In this document: positions 57,950-64,000 of the stretch, in pieces
Layout of the letters: each line of letters opens with the position of its first letter
How positions within the stretch are numbered: the first letter of the stretch is position 1
Assembly: GCA_963575745.1 (NCBI GenBank)
Contig: CAUYUJ010000325.1
Span: forward strand, 62,001-126,000
Direction of reading: 5' to 3'
Source of the DNA: Prorocentrum cordatum
Taxonomy: Eukaryota
DNA: 64,000 nt
Position numbers and translations under genes: made by a program
The notes under the pieces: model-generated
Told to the model about the DNA's origin: nothing
The model's database searches: none
What the model saw: the letters and a program-made list of their open reading frames with translations, nothing else

Positions 57950-60900
57950 AGGTTTCTCGGCCATGCCCTGCAATGCGGCAAACCCAACGCAGGGCGCCGA
58001 AACGCAATGGCAGGTCGCGGCGCTGCCCGAGGCAGCGGCGGGCTGCTACGTCGAGCAGAACAAGCCGCTGGCAATTACATTTGTATATCGAGATGTGTTC
58101 GTGCGCGAACCACACTCGCAACCTATGCCCCCGTTAGGGCCGGATGGCCGACATGACTCCGTCATCCAACGCTGCCTTGGAGTCGACGGGGCAACCTGTT
58201 CCTGGCAGCGGGAGTACCGCGATGCCTGGAGATCACGCACCCAAGGTTCAGCTCGATGGGTCGGGAGTTCCCTCCCCACGCTATTTTCGCGAAGGCCGCC
58301 CCGACCATGGGCGAGAAGCTGCGGGTCGAGTTCGCAGAGGATAACAAAAGTACGCTGCTCACGCGTGCCCGCGCACACATTTCAATCCATTTCCGAACAC
58401 AGAGGATTCGCAATATCGAGCGCGCGTGCTCCGACCAGCAGACGATGCTTGTTGTGTGCACCGACGCTTGAAAGTTTAATCGATGGGTGGTGGTTGCGCG
58501 GGCAGTTGAAGGGTAGCGCTTCTGCCAGCGAGCTGTGCTCGCTAGAGGTGGCAGATGAGCTTCGATGCCGTGGCCGATGCGAGCGAGCATCGCTCGCAGT
58601 CGGAATTCAAGATTTGGATATCGAGATGCGATGCTCTTCCTGAGCTACCCGATCTTCATGTGCAACATCGCGGGTACAAACGCGAGTGCGACGGCGACCC
58701 GCCCGTGCAATGGGCTGCGCCCAACGTGAAGTGGGTCAAGCGTCAACAGAAACAATCAGGAAGACTCGCCTGGTCCATGAGCGCCAAGTACACGACGAAA
58801 GACGGGCTAAAGGAGATCCACGCGACGCCAGCGCAGCTCGAGGACCGCGCGCATTTCAGATGCGAATGCACGCGCGAGCGGTGCTCGCGCATCTATCCAC
58901 CCGGGCCCTTCCCCACGCACGTGTTCAGGAATTCCTTGCGTCGTAGTTTCGGTGGGCAGGCCCACAGGACTGGGGCAAGCACGTCGAGGCGGCGCGCCTG
59001 ACGGATGCGCGTCTGCAGGAGATCTACGACGGCAAGAACGTCAGCGGCGACGACAGCATCGACGCCGTCTCCGCCGGATCACCGCCTTGCCTGGGGGCAA
59101 GGGACGCAGAGAACATCGCTCGCGAGCCAGCAAGCGTGCTCGATGGCGCGAGTCCAACCGCGCAGCGCACGCTCGAGCCCACGAGTGAGGCGTCGCCCGC
59201 GAGCAGCACCTCGCGCCGCATAGAGCAGATTCTTCCGCAGGGCCAAGCCATTTTGTGTGGTCAATTTGTTTGAAGCGTTTCGAGAGCCCGCGCGATCGCG
59301 CATGCGCTGGCATGAAAGGCGATCATGTTCAGCGCCGCTGTCGCCTCGCACAATCAACAACATGATCGCCATCATCATCTTCATCACCCTCGCCATCACA
59401 GCCACCCTCCCGCCCATGAGCCGCCCCGTCCCAACCCCAACCACAAAGATCCCAGACCGACCGTTGCACGCTCGATCCGCGCCATCGGTCGCGCGCCCCG
59501 CGCGCCATGTCGCAGATCCTGAGCGCGGAATTCGCAGTCCCCCCAAGGGGCGCGGACCCATCGACCACCCTGTGCGACCCGAACGCACAGCGGTACAATG
59601 GCGGGGCGAGGTTCACAACAGCAGTGTTGGACAACGCCTGTCAACGCCTTACTTCGCATGCCAAGTGCGAGCTGCGCCCGCACTGATGCACGCGAGCGTT
59701 GCTCGCCATGTGCCACATATTGGGGCGGGGCATGGACAATTGCCGCCGCGCTAACTGCGCTCGCACTGTGGCGCGCGAGCGTTGCTCGCCATCAGGATGA
59801 TCGACCCTCGACGGGTAGCGCGCTGAGGTCACAAGGTCTCAGCGCAGTCGCTCAAAAACACCATCGGCAAATTGGGTTTCGAGAGGGCTGCGGAGCGCCC
59901 GCTCTTGCAGCCTCGAGACGCTCCACGGCAAGGGCGCGACCTACCTGGGCGTGTCCAAGTGTTTCCGGAGTGCTGTCGCTCGGCGCCGCCTCAAGTCAAG
60001 CGCGCGAATGGGCGCGAGTGGGCGGCGAGCAATGCCCGCCAAGACGCACGCGCCGCCTGCCAAGGGGGGGGGAGGTGAGCCATGCTCGCCAAGGTGTACG
60101 CGCCGCTTCCCTGACGATCGCCAGGCAGCGGACGTCGCTACTGGATGGTCGCGCGGTCCTACGCCGTCAAGACGACCATCCTGAAGCTCCGCGAGGACCT
60201 CCACCCAAACCCGCCGTTTGAGATGCGGGCGGCGGTGGCCGACGCCACCAGTGGCGACCACCTCGGCAGCGTGAAGGCGCGGGGTTGTATGCGTGCATGT
60301 GCGCATGTAGGTATAGACCCACGCATGTATGCACTTGCGCCTGCACGCGCGCGCGTTTGGCGCGCCGCGCGCGCAGCAGTTGCCAGCGCACGCGCGCCGC
60401 GCGCAAGGTTGACCACGATGCATCGGTCGCTCTCGTGCTGGAGGAGTTCAAGCTTCAGCACGGGATCGCTCCGCTGCGCCCCTGCCAAGTGCTGAACTTC
60501 GAGGACGTCGAGCCCGTGGCCCGCCCGCGCGCGCAGGCGCCTTGAGTGGGGCAGCGCGCGCGCGGCCGTAACGCGGCCCATCCCTCTGCCCTCCTTCTCC
60601 CCAGCCTTCTCTTCCCCCTCCTCCTCCTCCTTCGCCCTCCTCCACGCCCCCCCCCCCCCCCCCCGCCTCCCATCCTCCTCCTCCTCCTCCCCGGGCGCGT
60701 CTGGGCGCGGAGGGCGCGCCGTTCCTGCCGCGTGGCAAACAAAGCACGCATGCGAGCATGCTCAAACTCACCGCGCTCATCTCCATCTCGTCCGTCGCCC
60801 TCCCGGACCCCCTCTCCCGCGAGGCGCGCATCGCGCGGGAGCGATGGCGACGCGGGGGGTGCGACTGGGCTGGGAGGAAGTGGATGCAGCAGGGCTCCGC

Positions 60901-63260
60901 CGACAGCGCGGCAATGGGCCGGCGGGGGGGGGGCGCGCGGCAACGAGCGACGCGATGTCGAGATTCTACGATGATGACATCGACGACGAGATGATGATGA
61001 GAGCGCTGACGATGCTCATGCAGCCGGTTTTGGCTCGCGGGCGCGCCCCACGCTGCGCGCCGCCGCCCCATGGATCGCGGGCGCGCCCCGCGCTGTGCAG
61101 CCGCGATGCTGCCGACGGGCCCGTGCCTAGCCGCCATGGTGGCTACGCGTTCAAACATGCATCTCATGTGTCGGCTGCGCGTGACTGCGATCATGCTCGC
61201 AGTCACACGCGAGCCCACATGCGCGGGGCACGCGCCTGCGCAGATATGTAGGTGCACCGACATGCGTTCACAGAACATGTCATATGCTGCTCCATGGATC
61301 AGCACGTGACATGTGTATGCAATTTCTTATACAGGTACATGCACATATAGGAGGCGCGGGGCTGCGCGGACGCGAGCGACGCGGCCGAGCGGCGGCGCTC
61401 GGCGGCGCCGCGCCCGCCCGCGGATTGGTCGCCCGTGTCGCCGCGGCGCCGCCCGCAGCGGCCAGCGCCCCCGCCGCGGCGGCGCGGCGGCCGCCGCGGC
61501 AGCGCCCGCGAGGACTACCACGGCGGAGTAGTGTGTCGCGTCGTTCGTGCGCAGGTGGAGACGCGGTGAATGGGGAAGGTGCGCGCATGGCGAGGCGGGG
61601 GTGGGGGGGGGGGCGCGCGGGGGGGCGGGGTGGGCGGGGCGGGGCGGGGGCGGGGAGGGCGGCGGCGGGGGGTGGGGCGGGGTTCGGGAGGGGGGGGGGG
61701 GGGGGGGGAAGGGGGAAGGGGGGGAAGGGGTGGCGTAGGGTCAGGATGCATGGGGCGCGTGGTTGCGTCTGTGGGGGAGGGGGCGGGGACGCGGCATGGG
61801 CGCGGTGAGCATGCCCGCGACCCCCCCCCCCCACTCCCCCGGCCCGCCCCTCCCCCGGCCCCTCTCGGAGTGCAGGGCCCCTGCATGGAAGTGGAGTCGG
61901 AGCCTGCGGCGGGCGCGGCCGCTGCAGGTGAGAGGGGGGGAGGGGGGGGGGGGCAGCGCGGGCGCGATGGCCACCGATGGGCCGCGCCCCGCCCCGATGC
62001 GATCACATCGGCGTCGCAATCCAGTCGCTCCTGCCAGATCACCGCCACCCCGCGCTGACATGTCTGCATGGGGCGGCGGTGATCTGGCAGGAGCGACTGG
62101 AGCGAGGGCGACGATGCCGACATGATGCCGTCGGGGCGGGGGGCGCGCTCCAACGGCGGTCGTTGCGCCCGCGCGCGTAAGACGACCGAGGAGTGCCTCT
62201 CTGCGGCCGAGGCGCCCCAGACGGACGAGCGACGGGCTGCAGGCGCGCAGAGTCGCATCGCGAGCTTTGATCGGCCGCCGTCGGTGCACAACGTGCCAAG
62301 CTCGCGCAGACCGCGCGCGAGCTGTGCTCGCGCATTGCATGCGTCAGCTGCGCGCGCGTGGCGCGCGTGGTCACTGCACCCCAGCAGGGCGACAGCGTCG
62401 AGGAGGTGGAGGCAGGCAGGGCGGCCAAGGATCAGCGCCAGAACGGTGCGGACAGCTACTAGCAGCTCTACAACATACCGTCCATATACCTTCATACATG
62501 CGATCCAATTGCGGGCATGATCGCGGTTGTTTGTATGCGCTTATCAACGAAATGGCCGGTCGCCGCCGCTATCTTTGATCGCAGATGTGATCGGCCAGGC
62601 CGTTGATAGTTGCGATCGCAGGACCCCCAAGTCGATCGACGGCGCTGCGCTTGTGCCTGAGCGCTGGGCGCCTGGGCAGCCGCTCCATATCCGCCAGTGC
62701 ATCGGCCCGCCCGAGGAGCAGGACGTCGGCGAGTGGCCCCCAACGCGCGGCGGCGAGCCCGCTCCGCCCCCGCCGGGGTGGAACTGGGCCGCCACTGCGA
62801 GCGGCAACAGCGGGGCCTACATGAACGCGTCCTTCCGCGTGATGTTTCGCAAAGACGTCGGGAGCAATGAAATCGGGGGAAGAGTGGGGTCGGCGAGCAT
62901 AACTCACCGTGTGAAAATAAGATCGGGCGAGCGGCGGGGTCGGCGAGCATCGCCCGCAGTGCGAAAAGGGGGTTGGGGAGATTTTGATGGCTAATGGGGT
63001 GGTTCTGCGCGTGGCGCACAGGGAAAGACCGGCGGCGGCGAGCGGGTCGCTGCCGAGAAGCTCATCGAGCGGCTCGGGCGCCTGGAGACCACGCTGGCGA
63101 CGGGCGAGCTGCAGGAGCTCGCCGAAGTCGCTCGTTCGTCGTATCGCGTCGTGTCCCGCGAGCATTGCTCGCGCCCGCCGTGCGGTTCGATGACGGTCGC
63201 GCTGGGCATAGCTCGCTGCGGCCGCCATCGATCCAATGCACCCAGGAGACGAGCGGGCCC
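57950..63260 (+). pseudogene. Further decayed coding fragments; the last part is weakly reminiscent of a Pif1-like helicase C-terminus
   Basis: Fragments such as LRVEFAEDNKSTLL, WSMSAKYTTKDG, KTTILKLREDLHP, YMNASFRVMFRKDVG..ANGVVLRV, separated by G/C-run spacers. Confidence 0.25.
61984..62146. repeat. ~160-bp fold-back with perfect 27-bp arms
   Basis: TCCAGTCGCTCCTGCCAGATCACCGCC (62020-62046) is the exact reverse complement of 62075-62101; centre GACATGTC. Confidence 0.9.
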
Positions 63261-64000
63261 GCGGCGCCGAGAGCGCCGCCGAGGGCGCCGCCGAAGGCGC
63301 GGCCGTCGACGCGCGAGCCGTCGCCGCGGCGCTCGCCGCCGAGGGCGCCGCCGCGGCGCGTGGCGCCGACGCCGAAGGGCCCGCCGCGGGCGGCCCCGCC
63401 GCCGCGGGCGCCATCGCCGCGGCGCGCGCCCAGGACCCCGCGGCGCCGCCGCGGCCGCAGCCCACCGCCGCGCGGCAGCGGCAGCGGGCATGGCCCGCCG
63501 CAGCGCAGCGCCCGCCCCCGCGCGGCAGCGCGTTCCGCGCGCTGGCGCCGGGCCTCAGCTACGCCCAGCGGCTGGGCCTGCACGGCTGAGCGGCGGCTGG
63601 CGGCGGCGGAGGGCCGCGCGGCGGGCGGCGGCGGCGACCGCCATCCCTCCTCCACGACGCCGGCGGCGGCGACGATGGTGGCGACCACGATGGCAGCGAC
63701 GACGATGACGATACTGAAGCGACAACGTCGACGACGGCATCGCATACGTCGACGCCGGTATGACGACGGCGACGACGACGACGGCGACGACGATGACAAC
63801 GTTGACGACGATGACACCGATGACGACGATGACGCCACCACGCACCGCCGAAGACGACGATGCAGACCGACGGCGGCACCTCATTTTCACACTTGCTGCA
63901 CCGTTCTCTCATCACCAATCGGTGCGTGCATGCCCATGCGTAACACGCCGCCCAACGCGATGCGCCACACACAAAGGGGGCCGAAGCCGATGTTTTCATT

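Noticed and set aside
59244..59263. SL-like CAAGCCATTTTG; also ATTTTGAGGGCTCAAG on minus near 49390-49405 and GCCATGGCTC at 1494
   Set aside because: Short or gapped matches with no credible downstream ORF or TSD.
1..64000. rRNA, tRNA or prokaryotic operons
   Set aside because: None recognised by eye; a covariance-model scan was not possible.

Overview
GC-rich, repeat-dense eukaryotic DNA, almost certainly from a dinoflagellate. Evidence: a perfect 21-nt dinoflagellate spliced-leader (SL) core at 32469-32489 (-), and GC-AG and GA-AG introns. Most ORFs in the supplied track are artefacts of low-complexity sequence. The supportable content is a stack of nested mobile elements around two host genes. 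(1) An 11.6-kb DNA transposon (9026-20671) with CTGAG...CTCAG inverted termini and a TT target duplication, inserted into a (GGCGYY)n repeat. It carries three co-oriented genes: an intron-containing CACTA/Mirage/Chapaev (CMC)-type DDE transposase and two unknown genes. SL-like relics sit in front of these genes. (2) Two SL-capped, single-ORF retroposed inserts with target-site duplications and microsatellite tails instead of poly(A): 14727-15720 and 30760-32490, the second encoding a PAM2-like motif. (3) A Rab-GAP/TBC gene (-) whose introns are copies of one ~200-bp hairpin MITE with 5-bp direct repeats, two of which lack an AG acceptor at the precise excision point. (4) A second multi-exon gene of unknown product hosting a decayed RTE-like LINE in an intron. 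(5) Another RTE-like LINE fragment, a Helitron-like insert, minisatellites, and a decayed multi-gene block at 54-64 kb. All family assignments come from motif recognition by eye; no searches were run.
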